DNA of 31,833 bases from Macrostomum lignano (lineage: Eukaryota): NCBI GenBank assembly GCA_002269645.1, contig NIVC01004907.1, forward strand, positions 1 to 31,833, given 5' to 3'. Below the pieces are notes generated by a model. The model did no database searches. It saw only the letters and a list, made by a program, of their open reading frames with translations, and was not told the DNA's origin. A program made the translations under genes and the position numbers. Positions 16,420 to 29,220 of this stretch are shown here, piece after piece. The stretch's first letter is position 1. Each line of letters begins with the position of its first letter.

Positions 16420-18500
16420 CATTTAATGTCAAACTCCATCACTTAGAATACAACTGATTAGTACAAATAAGCATAGGGTTTCAAATAAAATAATAATAGT
16501 CAATAGCCAATTTTCTTTGGAATGAATTGCTTATAAGCTATTTCAGTATTATTGCAACAACCAGCAATCTTAGTTTTCCTATTGGAGAGACAACAAACAA
16601 AGGAATGAATAATGTTTCAAATAAATGACATACCATACTCTCTGGATCATGTTGAGTGCATGCTGCAATTTACAGCTAGATATCTCAGACATCTCAGCAC
16701 TTCCCCCAGTAAGCCTACATATCTTAGAAATTTTTTATGAGCCTTGACATTTTAGCAATTATTCTAATAAGCCTTGACATCTAAGCAATTCCCCCAGTAA
16801 GCCTTGTTATAATATAATTGATTTCTTAGTCAGCCAGTATCAGTCTCTAGGAAGGTTAACAATATGGTTATGCAATCTTAAAATCAAGTCTGGTGCTATA
16901 TGCTTTCACACTGTGTTTTTCAACATTGTGACACAATTTGTCAAAGTCAAAATTTAGCCAGTACACATATGCTAAATAAAAAGCCTCTTGAGATGTAGTC
17001 CTTTTAGAATCAGAATTTAGTCTGTCAGTTTTTCTCTACAATTCTTATAATATATTTCAAGTCAAAAATTTTGCTTGACCCTTACAAAACAGCATATGTT
17101 TTAAATATTTAATTGCTTTAGCATTGAGCAATTTCTTAGCTACAATGCATGTACTATCACAGGAAAATTTCTGAACAAATAGTCCAAGTTGGGTGAAAAT
17201 TGGTTGAGCCATTTATCTATCTATTATTAAGCACACAGATAGAGATAGCTCAACTTTAGTTATATAAATAAAAGAAGAGAAAGGAAAGAGAAGATTTTGA
17301 GACTACAAAAAAATAAAGCTTCTTTTGAAATTTAGAAAATTTGTTATAATCGATGATTTTCTCTATATTTAACTTTAATTTTTATAATCTATGATTTACT
17401 AGTGGTTAAAAAAACAAGAAATATATAAATATAGTAAGTATATATAATTTATTTATGAACATTTGGCATAGAATAATGCATCCATACCCTATATAAGCTA
17501 TACAATATTATTATAATATGCCATACCACCACCTTATCATATAATAAAATACATTGTGTTGTGTAAAGCCATGCCAATGTAGGCAATTTTTTTATATAAA
17601 AACCAAATATGTACTAGAAAATTCCAGTATGAATGACTTTTTCTAAAGTATAGATGGCATGTAGTTTTTGAATTTTTGTATAGTCACTATTGTTACTTTC
17701 TTAGGGAAAATTATATTTAAATGAAGCAAAAATATATCAACTAGGCTAGGTAGATTATATTACTATTTAATGAATTTAGCAATAAGACTTAAAAAATTAA
17801 TTATATTTTTCATTTAATATTTTAATTTAGATTTAGTTTTAGACTTAGTAAGTCTAAACTAAATATAAAAATACTTCTTTTTAGACCTAGTCTGTTATCA
17901 AACTAAAGAAATAGAAAAAGTAAAGCATTCTTTCTTGATTCTAGGTCTAGTATTTTCTAATTTAGGCCCACCAATTTGCTTTGCTGGCTTATTATTAGGC
18001 TAACTAGAGTAAATACCATGTCCTGATGTCCAGAGTCCTGTTAGTCCATTTTGTTACAGTTACACCAGAAATCTATAGTATAAATTTAGTCTTAAATTAG
18101 CATTGCCATTGGCATAAATGCCTAGTAGTATAAAGACTAATAGAAAATTTTATTGGTATAATTATAACTGGCTGACATAAAAACAAAAAATTTTTTGGTA
18201 TAACTAGCTGACATAAAAACAATCAAAATGATAGGCCTAAGCGAACATGTTTTAGTTGAAAATGGAATTAAAATAATATATTTTACTATTATGTCTTATA
18301 ATTATTAACGTGCAAAAGTAACAAATTGCCCAAATTTTTAATAAGTGACCGACTGGTGACGACCGTCAATGTTTCGAAGAAAGTTGTTTTTTAATTTTAC
18401 TGTTTGGCAAAACAAACTCATTTTAACAGATGCTTTAAAGCATTAATCTTTCTATTTTTGTTTGAGCGTCTTCCTTTCAGTTTCTTAATTCTTAGTTTTT
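16420..18500. other. Very AT-rich non-coding island upstream of SON, probably decayed transposon DNA
   Basis: Abrupt composition shift, no ORF of 60 aa or more until 18404, local inverted repeats at 17831-17864 and 17882/17941. No family identified. Confidence 0.3.
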
Positions 18501-18593
18501 TCAGGCTTCACTATTCAATCTATCAGTCTTTCAGTCTTACCAAGCAGGGAAGCCATAATAGAATCCTGATCCCTGCTGTACAACAACTGTACG

Positions 18594-18802
18594 CAAGGCA
18601 TCGCCCACCGGGACAGTGGGGACGTCCCCCCAGTAAAAGGGCCATGCCAATTTGCTTTGTCCCCCGCACACTCCACCACCGACCTTGACTCCACCCTCTT
18701 GTGACCCGTTATGGTAATCAATAATTTTGCTGTAGACAGAACGTAGCACGCCTGCGGCACCAAATTAAATGAGTGCCTGCGGCGCCGAAATTGTCGCCCC
18801 TG
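18594..18802. mobile_element. MITE-like non-autonomous DNA element (209 bp), hAT-type
   Basis: 8-bp flanking direct repeat ACTGTACG/ACTGTACA (18586-18593, 18803-18810; 7/8 match); degenerate ends CAAGGCATCG and ...TCGCCCCTG; internal homology to 28042-28190. Confidence 0.6.
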
Positions 18803-21452
18803 ACTGTACATGTTCATATTCCTGTGAGATTCTTCTAGTCAACCCAAAAGCCATCCAAGCAAGGACGACTAAAGTAACGAGTACTTAAGTACATGTCCAC
18901 ATGTAGACCTTGGCACACAACTATCTGATCAGTAGAATTTTCAGATACGCTGATCGAATTCACAATAAGTTTCTTGGATTGAGACAGTTCCCTCGATCGT
19001 TGTAGTACGTACTGTACTTGTGTAACTTTTGGCATTTATTTTTCACGTAAGCGTCAGGATGAGGTAATGCATGTACATATGTATAACCATCGAAATACAT
19101 GCATCGAAATTTGAGTAATGAAATCTTATTTGAATTGACTTTACAGTAGATAACAGTAAGTGTGTAATTTATATACATGTACATGTACAAGTCAAAGGAC
19201 CACGTTACTAGCTTAGCTAGCTATACTGGCAAGAGATGGTAAAAGTTGAGCTCCTGTCGTTCGTTTTTTATAATCTTGGTTGCCTCATTTATTTAGCTTT
19301 TGGCATTTTTAATTCAGTAGGTGAAGTGTGAATGAGCATACAGGCTGCATGTACTTGTTTCCAAGCCCAGTGGCGGTATAGTTAATTCCAGTACTAAGTT
19401 TTGCTTATTTCCAGCTTGGATACCCTGCCACTGATGGGCTGCACGAGCGTACGATGTAAAAAATGCTACATATTGGAATGAAAAACTGCAAACTTTATCG
19501 CTACAAAATCGCCCGGCTATAATCATAAAACTCTAATCTTAGTGAGTCACCTTAGAGAGAAAAATTCATACGGCGCGCAATTGTGCGATACAGTAGCCAG
19601 TTTCGGCTAATATTCAATGGCATTTTCCAGCAAGCAAAACTGCATGCAGCTTAGAGAATCATGAATTATTTGCATGCAAGCTATACATGCAATTTGGTTC
19701 AGCACACGAATAAAAGAGATTAATTCTACATGCAAATGCTATAGTTTGTGCAAAGTATAGAAAGGGCGGCATATTGAATCAGAAATTCGACTGCAAGATC
19801 GTGAATTTTGTTATTTTTTTCTCTCTGTCTTGCCTTGGCTTCTCAGCTGCATGGCTGAGAGTTAACGTTTGCGACGCAAATTTTTACTTGCGACACAATT
19901 TTTACCTTATTGGATTGATAAAAGTACATTTTTCGCTGTCAGAACTTCTGTAAACAGGCACTTGCAGATTGATCTGGGAATGCTCTCAGCACAGAGCTTT
20001 CTGTTTAAGGAGCTATGGGATTAGAAAAAAATCTGGTTCGCCAGGTTTGCCAGCTGGCAAGCATCAGCATGTGCTCAAAGCTATCCTAGCTGAATGCTTT
20101 TGAGTGCAAGCAAGCGTATATAGCAGCGCTGCACCTGTACATGGCTACCGCGTGCAGTACACTGCGTGGAGAACTCGGGGTAGACGGGGTTCATGGTTTT
20201 ACCCCTCCCCAGTGGGGAACTTTAGCGTCGAAATCAAGATTGCAGATAAGGCAGATCGATCGAAATCGCGTACTTTTTAAATATTGTGTAGGAAGCATAT
20301 GAAATACGTACAATATACTTGTGCACGGGACGGGAACTGCGAGGAGGAACTTGTGTACGTGTGAACAGTGAACAGCTCCTCACCATGCGCTTGGCTTTCT
20401 TTGGAAAGAATTCTCGTTTCCTGCCTTCTACGAGCGTATGCATGCGACAGCTGGTTTCTGGTTTCCAGGAGCTGCGTGAGACAAGAGGCGAGTCTTTAGT
20501 CAAATCGCAATTACTTTTGACTACAGTGCAATTTTAGATTTTGGTCGTTTCATTCCTATTTTGGTCCGTGCATGAGCATTCCAATTTTCCAAGGACCGCT
20601 GGAAGTGTTTCTTTTTAAACTTGAAACATGAGTTAGCAAAGCTTAATTAAAGGCCGATCAATCAAATATACTAAACTTTGCAAATTATCGAAAATATATT
20701 AAAACATCCCTTATCTTTCTATTCATTTTAGAATTAGACTAAAGCCTCTGAAGGAAACAGTTGGTTCAACCTTTGAACTAAAAACCAGAAAACAGTCGCA
20801 AAGACAACATCTAGAAAGGCAGTCTGCGCCTGTCTGATGTCAAGCGCTAAAAATAGTGGCGGGTCAGTCAGGCAGCACAATCGCAACACTTCACAATTCA
20901 AAACACGTAGCAGCCAACTAATAAGGTACTTTTTGTATGTCCACTGCTTGTTTGCTCCGAATTTAAATCCAAGAAATTTACTTGGCTAGTCCTTATCTTT
21001 CTTAGGAAATGCACAAGGCTTTATTAGACGAACTTCGCTTTCCACGCACGCTCTTGTCTTGATAAAAGGAAGCCGTGGCTTTTAAGGCAGTCCAATCTAT
21101 TTTTAGTAACGTTACGAATGACAATGTACATTTGTTCTATAGGCTATGTAGTACACTCTGGAGTGGGACCACCACAGACCAATTTTAAACCAACCCCCTC
21201 AACCAACCAACCCCCGCACCCCGCACCAATTAGCGCTATACCAGGAAAGGGAAATAGAGGGGGTGAGTAAAAACTCAACACTTGGATGAAACTTGAACCC
21301 GTCGTCCTAAGCTTATATAAATGAATCACGTGCCATGAGACACAGGCAGACAAAGCCCAAGTCTAACTGTCGTTCTTGAAGCCAGAGAAAAATCAGCCTA
21401 TTTCTTCAACACAAAGAAAGCAAGCGGACCTGCCTCCAGTCCTCTCGTCAGC

Positions 21453-23084
21453 ATGACATTGAACGCGCACCAAAGAGGACCAGCCGTGATCGTTGTTGGC
21501 GCACCCGGCTGCGGCAAGACCAGCCTAATTAGCCGCTACGTTGATAATGTGTTCGACGCCAACTGTTTGGCAACGGTTGGTATTGACGTGATCTTTCTGG
21601 CTGAGCAGACGGGCGGATTGAAGGTGAGCGCGTTTCTGAAATCCAGTATCTCTACACGAGCTACCACTAGCTTGTTGTTGACTCTTCTTTGTGCCCTTCA
21701 GCCTTAGTTAGGAATTAGGTGCTCCCGGCGCTCCTTTAGGTGTTCTATTATTATCCTTTTTACAATCTTTGATCTCACCTTTCTCCTAATACACCGCCAC
21801 AGCCCTCGCTCTGGGACGCCAGCGGCCACCAGCGCTTTCGGCACATTGTGCGCGGCTACCTGGCCGGAGCTCGCGCCGCCCTGCTGGTGTACGACCTGAC
21901 CAACAAGGACTCACTGACGGCCGCTGGAGCTGACTGGCTGCAGGCGTTGAGGGAGGAGGCGCCAGCCGATGCCGTCATTGTGCTGGTTGGCGCCAAGGCC
22001 GACTGCTCCGCTGCTGAGCGGCAGGTGAGCTGGGAGGCAGACTGACAATGCGAGGGTTTGATTTTTGGTAAAACTTGGAACAGGGATTGGGAAGCTCAAA
22101 TCTGTGGGTATAGGAGTTGAGTTGGGAAATTTGGGAATAGTCATTTGTGTTTGGGATCTGGGGGTTGAAATGTGCAACTGACAATTTTATTGTGGGGACT
22201 TGGGATCTGGAAGCTTGGAATGGGGATCTGATTGTCGATAATGGGGATCTGATTAATGGGGAATAGGGATCTAATTATGGGGAATGGGGATCTGATTATG
22301 GGAATAGTGATCTGATTATGGGAATAGGGATCTGATTATGGGGAATGGGAATCAGATTATGGGGAATGGGGATCTGAATATGGGGAATGGGGAACTGATT
22401 ATGGGAATGGGGATCTGATTATGGGAATGGGGATCTGATTATGGGGAATGGGATCTGAACATGGGAATAGGGATCTGATTATGGGAATAGGGATCTGATT
22501 ATGGGAATAGGGATCTGATTATGGGAATAGGGATCTGATTATGGGGAATGGGAATCAGATTATGGGGAATGGGGATCTGATTATGGGGAATATGAATCTG
22601 ATTGTGGCAAATGGGGATCTGAATATGGGGAACTGATTATGGAGAATGAGGATCTGACTTCAGCAGCAATCTTCATCCCACACCAACTGCCCCCGCCCCA
22701 ATCTCATCGCAGGTGTCCCCGGAGGAGGCAGCGGCCTTCGCCGCCCGCCACGGCCTGCACGCCACCGTGGAGGCCTCCGCCCTCACAGGCGACGGAGTGG
22801 ACGAAGCCTTCGAGGAGGTGTTCGACCGGCTGCGGGTGCGGGCGCCGCCGGCGCCGTCCGCCCAGGAGGAGCCGCTGATCCTCGGCCGGCCGGGCGCCTC
22901 CGCTGCGGCGCCTTTGAGCACGGCGCCAGGCAAGCCGGGCCAGTGGACTCTGGGCGCCTGCTTCTCGGCCATCGGCCACGTGATCTGCCGCAGGAGGGGC
23001 GGCGGCGGCGGCGGCGGCACGTGGCTGTGGCAGCAGCAACAGCAACAGAGCAGAAGCGGGAGCAGCACCAGCTCCAGGGTTTAA
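21453..23084 (+). CDS. Atypical Rab-like small GTPase, 254 aa; exons 21453-21623, 21803-22024, 22713-23084
   Basis: G1 GAPGCGKT, G2 ATVGID, G3 WDASGH, YLAGARAALLVYDLT, G4 GAKAD, G5 EASA; both introns are phase-0 GT-AG. Confidence 0.88.
22225..22660. repeat. 19-21-bp minisatellite (GGGATCTGATTATGGGGAAT, about 20 copies) in Rab intron 2
   Basis: Direct periodicity with G-run length variation. Confidence 0.92.
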
Positions 23085-23203
23085 TTGACTGCCGATGGAT
23101 GAAACGCCAAAGTTTTTACTGAAAACTCAAACTTGGTTGCGGCTATTGTTGCATCCCGTCATTAGTTTCAGTCTAGTCAGGTTTAGGCCAGACACAATGA
23201 ATG

Positions 23204-23372
23204 AGTGGGTCAGCATTCTGAATCAGGGTGGGTCAGCATTCTGAATCAGGGTGGGTCAGCATTCTGAATCAGGGTGGGTCAGCATTCTGAATCAGGGTGG
23301 GTCAGCATTCTGAATCAGGGTGGGTCAGCATTCTGAATCAGGTCAGCATTCTATTTCAGCATTCTGAATCAG
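23204..23372. repeat. 23-bp minisatellite (GGGTGGGTCAGCATTCTGAATCA, about 6 copies plus partials) 3' of the Rab stop
   Basis: Near-perfect tandem copies. Confidence 0.92.
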
Positions 23373-23786
23373 GACCCTATTTTCAGCCGGTTGATACAAA
23401 CCACCAAGGTGTTTTCAAACATTTTTTGTTATTCGTTATCTGCCAATGTTCATTTGTGCTACTATAAGTAGCATTCGTAAACTTTAGTTCGCTTATGCTG
23501 TCTATGATGCTGCTAATTTTAAACAGGCACAAATCTTGCGCAATGCATTCCAATATTAAACTATTGGTTACACTTGTAGTTTATAATTTGCCTATGTTTT
23601 GCTTGGCTACTCAGAATTGATTTTTTGCCGCATTCTGCTGCACCTGTCTGAACTCAAACCGCTGATTGGATCTGTAAATAAATAACATTTTAGCAAATTC
23701 AGCCATTGGTGATTTTAATGCGAAAAATGGAGTTATCCTCATTTTTTCTGAAGTGGCGGCCAACCTGAGTATCTGGAAAATGGCAC

Positions 23787-24418
23787 CGGCCCAGCAACTG
23801 AAGATCTGGGAGGCTGGCCCAGCAACTGAGGGTCTGGGAGGCTGCCCCCCCCCAGAAACTGGAGATCTTGGAGGCTGGCCCAGCAACTGGAGATCTGAGA
23901 GGCTGGCCCAGCAACTGAGGATCTGGGAGGCTGGCCCAGCAACTGAGGATCTGGGAGGCTGGCCCAGCAACTGAGGATCTGGAAGGCTGCCCCCCCCCCC
24001 AGCAACTGGAGATCTGGGAGGCTGGCCCAGCAACTGAGGATCTGTTAGGCTGGCCCAGCAACAGCAACTGGAGATCTGGGAGGCTGGCCCAGCAACTGAG
24101 GATCTGGGAGGCTGGCCCAGCAACTGAGGATCTGGGAGGCTGGCCCAGCAACTGAGGATCTGGGAGGCTGGCCCAGCAACTGAGGATCTGGGAGGCTGGC
24201 CCAGCAACTGAGATCTGGGAGGCTGGCCCAGCAACTGAGGATCTGGGAGGCTGGCCCAGCAACTGGAGATCTGGGAGGCTGGCCCAGCAACTGAGGATCT
24301 GGGAGGCTGGCCCAGCAACTGAGGATCTGGGAGGCTGGCCCAGCAACTGAGGATCTGGGAGGCTGGCCCAGCAACTGGAGATCTGGGAGGCTGGGCCCAG
24401 CAACTGAGGATCTGGGAA
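23787..24418. repeat. 28-bp minisatellite (GGATCTGGGAGGCTGGCCCAGCAACTGA, about 21 copies)
   Basis: Direct periodicity; source of ORFs 23611..24318, 23699..24442 and 24045..24515. Confidence 0.95.
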
Positions 24419-25532
24419 GGTGGAGCTGCAGTGGCCCTGCATGACTGGATGTATACAAGTTAATGTACATGTACATTATATGCTGCATGTATTTCATACT
24501 GTATATGGCTGCCATCTGTCCCTTATTAAATTTCCTTTCTCAGCAGCTCATTTCATACAAATTTCAAGCCCTTGAGCACTGATGCACATTTGCTTTGGAT
24601 GACTCACAGCAGCTCACAAGCTGCTCAAACTCACCCACCGCAGTGTTCTCAGCTGCATGGCGCATGAGTCAGCTGAGCCGCTAGCTGAGCACACCAGCCA
24701 GTGCATGCAATACCAGCTTATAAAAAATAAACTAGGCATAAAGAATTCATTCATAGCTGAACAATGAACAGCATTCTTATAACTGTGAAGCTTTTCAGCG
24801 CTAATTTTTTAAAAATACAAATTTTGTATTTTCCGCCTTCCGCCTTCCGCGAGCACCTTCGATTGAATAAAATGCAGTGAGGTGCGCCAGAAGGACAGCA
24901 AATGTACGAGTACATGAGGAGTACATGAGGAGTACATGATAAAAACATCAATTTTACCAACCGGTGGCATTTGAAATTTTGTAATTTTGGTTATAAGTCT
25001 TTCGAGAAACGAATAAGGTTTAATTAAAGAGAAATGAATGAGCAAGTATGTAACAGTTGCTATGTACACACAAAATTGCACATTAAAACCCGTGAATGAA
25101 CAGCAAGATGATCAGAATTGGCATCCACAAATTGTGACAGCACCAATAAATCATAGATTAAAGTGTAGTTCACTGCAACAGGTACGACATTATGAATAAA
25201 AGCATTGATAACTATATGACATGTCGTTCCACCTGACACATTCGGTCTGAGCTATCGCCCTGGGCAAAAAGGCTGAAACTCTGCAGCATTTGAGATCTGT
25301 TCTTGAGAGGCCTTGATAAATCCAACTTGGCGCCCCAAAGTGAGATTCAGCGCCCCAAAGGCACCCCAGCTGTGTGTGACTCTCAGCTTCTCTCGGCCCA
25401 GAGGCCAATTCCTGTTTGCCCAGAGTTGAAGGCATTTGTAGCCTCAGAGGTCACTGCGTGCATTTCGCAATCTATTCTGAATGTCAATCTAATCTCTAGT
25501 CATCCATGCGCAGTCTATTTGGTCACGGAGAT

Positions 25533-26909
25533 TTATCGATCGCATTCCGGGAAATCGCTTGACGACATGGAGGACGAATAGGCGAGATCATCTGAGGACG
25601 CCTCTGACCCGGCGCAGTCCCGGTCCTCTGCCGGCATCAGGTAGCGGCAGTCGTCCTCCAGATTCTCCACAACAACGCCGCGGTCAGCCAGGGCGGGCAG
25701 CAGAGGCGCGCAGATCTCCTTCCAGCGGGCTTGGCGCTTCTGGTAGAGCAGAACTCGGCCGCACTGCAATTCAATGGAAACAGATTTTTCGCTATTTAAA
25801 ATAGCCTGATCATGCTACTCAAAGTAGCGCACATGTGCAAAAGAATGCTGAATTTGAATTTTTCTAACAGAACATACGGGATACAAGAAGATAAAAATAT
25901 TCCTACCTCTGCAACAATGTAAAACTGGCGGTGCAAGCGGCGCAGAGTGGGTTCAAAGTCGATCACTGTGAACACGGGCTTCTGTTTGGCAGCAAGGCGA
26001 GTCCGGCGGACAATGTCGTCCTCGTATTCTGCAAAGATGCGGCGTGATGTTGAGTTGTATAAGTACTTTAAGCTCAGCCCTGTAGCTAATTGTACATACT
26101 AATAAGCTGGGATGACCCAGAAAAGAGCTCACCTTCCTTCCGCCAGGAGACAATCCGGCAGCCGTAGTCAGTCCAGAACTTTGAGTCCGTCAGCATGACT
26201 AGCTAAAATTCAGATTTGACAAAATCAAATAATAGCTTGTTCGAGTTTCGCAAACACACAGCAGCGGTCTCGCTCTCTCAGCCTCTCACTTCGCAATCAG
26301 CCGCGCAGATCAGCCGCTTGATTGTCCTCTGCTCGCAAACTGACTCCAGCAATTCCAGGAAGCATTTGATCTGGCTTCCGCTGCCACACACCAGAATCTT
26401 GCTGTCTGTTAGTTGCATAGGAATTGAAATGTCGCTTAGTGATTAGTCTTAGTGACTGCTTGGCCATAGACTAAAACCATAGACATTAGCAACTTTGGCT
26501 ATGGGAAGTCTCGCTTGCTCAGTTTTGGCCATAGACACTTGCAACTTTGGCTATGGGAAGTCTTGCTTGCTCAGTTTTGGCCATAGACACTACTAGCAAC
26601 TTTGGCTAATGAATAGACTCATGTTTGTTCAGTTTTGGCGATAGACACTAGCGCTAGCAACTTTGGCCATAGACTCCCCGCTTGCTCTATGTTCTCAAAT
26701 GCAAGTTTGGCCATAGATCAACATACTACAGTGTAATAGAGCCTCTCTCATCACTCTCAACTAAACTTACCATCGTGATTATCCTCAATCTGGTGATAGT
26801 TGATCCACTTGACAGCAACGAGGGCGTTTGTCTGTTGACTGCGGCTGTACGCCTCTTGGCTGCTGCTGTTACTAGGGTCCAAAAACGATTCGATGGCCAC
26901 TGAAGTCAT
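25533..26909 (-). CDS. Uncharacterised protein, 242 aa; exons 26909-26771, 26405-26290, 26202-26133, 26079-25907, 25763-25533
   Basis: Five GC-richer blocks with canonical splice sites join in frame (phases 1, 0, 1, 0; 729 nt): MTSVAIESFLD...KWINYHQIED...KILVCGSG...FWTDYGCRIVSWRKEG...FYIVAECGRVLLYQKRQARWKEIC...CDR*. I do not recognise the family. Confidence 0.78.
26455..26715. repeat. Diverged repeat of about 55-60 bp (TTGGCCATAGAC...GCAACTTTGGCTATGG) in intron 1 of the uncharacterised gene
   Basis: TTGGCCATAGA recurs at least 5 times; CCATAG/CTATGG form an inverted pair within units. Confidence 0.7.
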
Positions 26910-28041
26910 TGTTGGCTTTTCTTTAAACGATATTCGGAAGTAAAAAAACTGTTACACAATTAGGCGCGGATGAGACCGGGTCAAGTAAATAACAGAGTGG
27001 AAAGTTCTTTCGTATAGTGCTTTCGTTCTAGCGTATAGTGCCAGCTACAGTGGAGATTTCCAATGCCAAATCAAAAATTCGGCATGGGGTTGAATTTTTA
27101 TAGCAGAAAAGCGGCGCGGGCCAACCCCAACCTCCGCCACTCGCTTGGTTGGAAAGTTCGAATGTTTTTCGGCAAAACTGGCCTTGACTTGATAAGTGGA
27201 TTGAGAATCGAGCATTCAATGAGGCCACTTTTGCGGGATTTCTTCTAGCGACAGGTTTAGGCCAGTTCTCAAAAAACTGGTTCAGTTACAGAGGCTTCAG
27301 ATAGTGGATATTCAGATAGTGGCTGCCAAGGCAACGCCAATATGGGCTTGAACTGGATTAGATAATAAGTGTTCGACCTGAGAGGTTGAGGTCAACTGCA
27401 GATCTGACGTTTCACTTACGTTGACGCTGCGACACTTTTCTGATAAAAAGGCCTAACCTGCAATCTCTACATGTACATGTATTTCCCTCTGCTCGTCTCA
27501 GCTCTGGGATAGAATCTTAAACCCTTTAGTTGGGAGTAGTAGGGATAGAAAATGGGGGTTGGGCGTTATAGATAAGCACTTGAAGCACGTTTTAGCAAAA
27601 GATAACATAGCACTTGTTATTTTTTATTGTGTTGAACTGCAATTAAAATTGCGAACTTTACCGCTTGAAAAAGCAACAGAAAGTGCGCAACAGGGCTGGA
27701 ACTGGAACAAGTTTAAACCGGTTTCGCATATTTTAGCTTACGCGGCATTATTTAGGTTTGCAGAGTAGCTGACCTTCACTTGTCATTGGGCCTCCCTCTC
27801 CCCGCTCGCAATTAATACAAACCCTTCCCATATGTGTACATTGAATGTACACTGCGTGCGTACATTGGCCCTCTCCGCTGTTCTTTGTGCGACCCTGGGA
27901 ATCTTCATTCCGCAAGTGGAGCCAGTGAGAGGAACGCGTAGGAGCGCCCTGTGTACAAGCAGATCTGGTATTGGGTTTGATTCATTATAACTCATACGGA
28001 AAGAAAAGGGTAAGGATAGGACACTATTAAGTATTGATCAT

Positions 28042-28190
28042 CAGGGGCGTCGCCACGGGGGGACATGCCAATGCTTTGTCTCCCCACCCCACCTTTTTGA
28101 CCCGTGGCCGCTATTGAAATCAATAGTTTTGCTTCAGGGCGACAAAAGATAGCATCTGCAGTACCAAGATGAGTGCCTGCGGCGCTAAAA
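28042..28190. mobile_element. Left end of a second member of the 18594-18802 MITE family
   Basis: Starts with CAGGGGCGTCGCCA; shares CATGCCAAT..GCTTTGT, TGACCCGT, AATCAATA.TTTTGCT and the exact 17-mer ATGAGTGCCTGCGGCGC in the same order. Right end not found. Confidence 0.55.
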
Positions 28191-29220
28191 TGAGTGCCTG
28201 CGACGCTAAAATGAGTGCCTGCCTGCGACGCTAAAATGAGTGCCTGCCTGCGACGCTAAAATGAGTGCCTGCGACGCTAAAATGAGTGCCTGCCTGCGAC
28301 GCTAAAATGAGTGCCTGCCTGCGACGCTAAAATGAGTGCCTGCCTGCGACGCTAAAATGAGTGCCTGCGACGCTAAAATGAGTGCCTGCTGCGACGCTAA
28401 AATGAGTACCTGCGACGCTAAAATGAGTGCCTGCGACGCTAAAATGAGTGCCTGCGACGCTAAAATGAGTGCCTGCGACGCTAAAATGAGTGCCTGCCTG
28501 CGACGCTAAAATGAGTGCCTGCCTGCGACGCTAAAATGAGTGCCTGCGACGCTAAAATGAGTGCCTGCGACGCTAAAATGAGTGCCTGCGACGCTAAAAT
28601 GAGTGCCTGCGACGCTAAAATGAGTGCCTGCCTGCGACGCTAAAATGAGTGCCTGCGACGCTAAAATGAGTGCCTGCCTGCGGCGCCAAAATGAGTGCCT
28701 GCGGCGCTAAAATGAGTGCCTGCGCGGCGCCAAAATGAGTGCCTGCGCGACGCCAAAATGAGTGCCTGCGGCGCCAAAATGAGTGCCTGCGCGACGCCAA
28801 AATGAGTGCCTGCGGCGCTAAAATGAGTGCCTGCCTGCGACGCTAAAATGAGTGCCTGCGACGCTAAAATGAGTGCCTGCGACGCTAAAATGAGTGCCTG
28901 CGACGCTAAAATGAGTGCCTGCGACGCTAAAATGAGTGCCTGCGGCGCCAAAATGAGTGCCTGCGGCGCCAAAATGAGTGCCTGCGGCGCCAAAATGAGT
29001 GCCTGCGGCGCCAAAATGAGTGCCTGCCTGCGACGCTAAAATGAGTGCCTCTTGCGCTAAAACGGTGCCTGCGACGCCAAAATGGTGCCTGTGGTGCTAA
29101 AGCGAGTGCCTGCGACGCCAAAATGAGTGCCTGCGACGCTAAAATGAGTGCTGCAGCGCTAAAGCGAGTGCCTGCGGCGCTAAAAATGAGTGCCTGCGGC
29201 GCTAAAGCGAGTGCCTGCGG
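28169..29220. repeat. 21/25-bp CpG-rich minisatellite (AAAATGAGTGCCTGCGACGCT and variants, about 48 copies)
   Basis: GACGCT units dominate the left part and GGCGCC units the middle and right. Confidence 0.95.

Noticed and set aside
17150-17290. Non-autonomous Helitron 5' end (- strand TATATAACTAAAG...GGCTCAACCAATTTTCACC resembles such elements)
   Set aside because: I could not find a matching 3' hairpin plus CTRR end, and the resemblance rests on memory of short motifs.
20234-20537. Overlapping ORFs in a locally GC-richer block
   Set aside because: No recognisable motif and no convincing splice partners.
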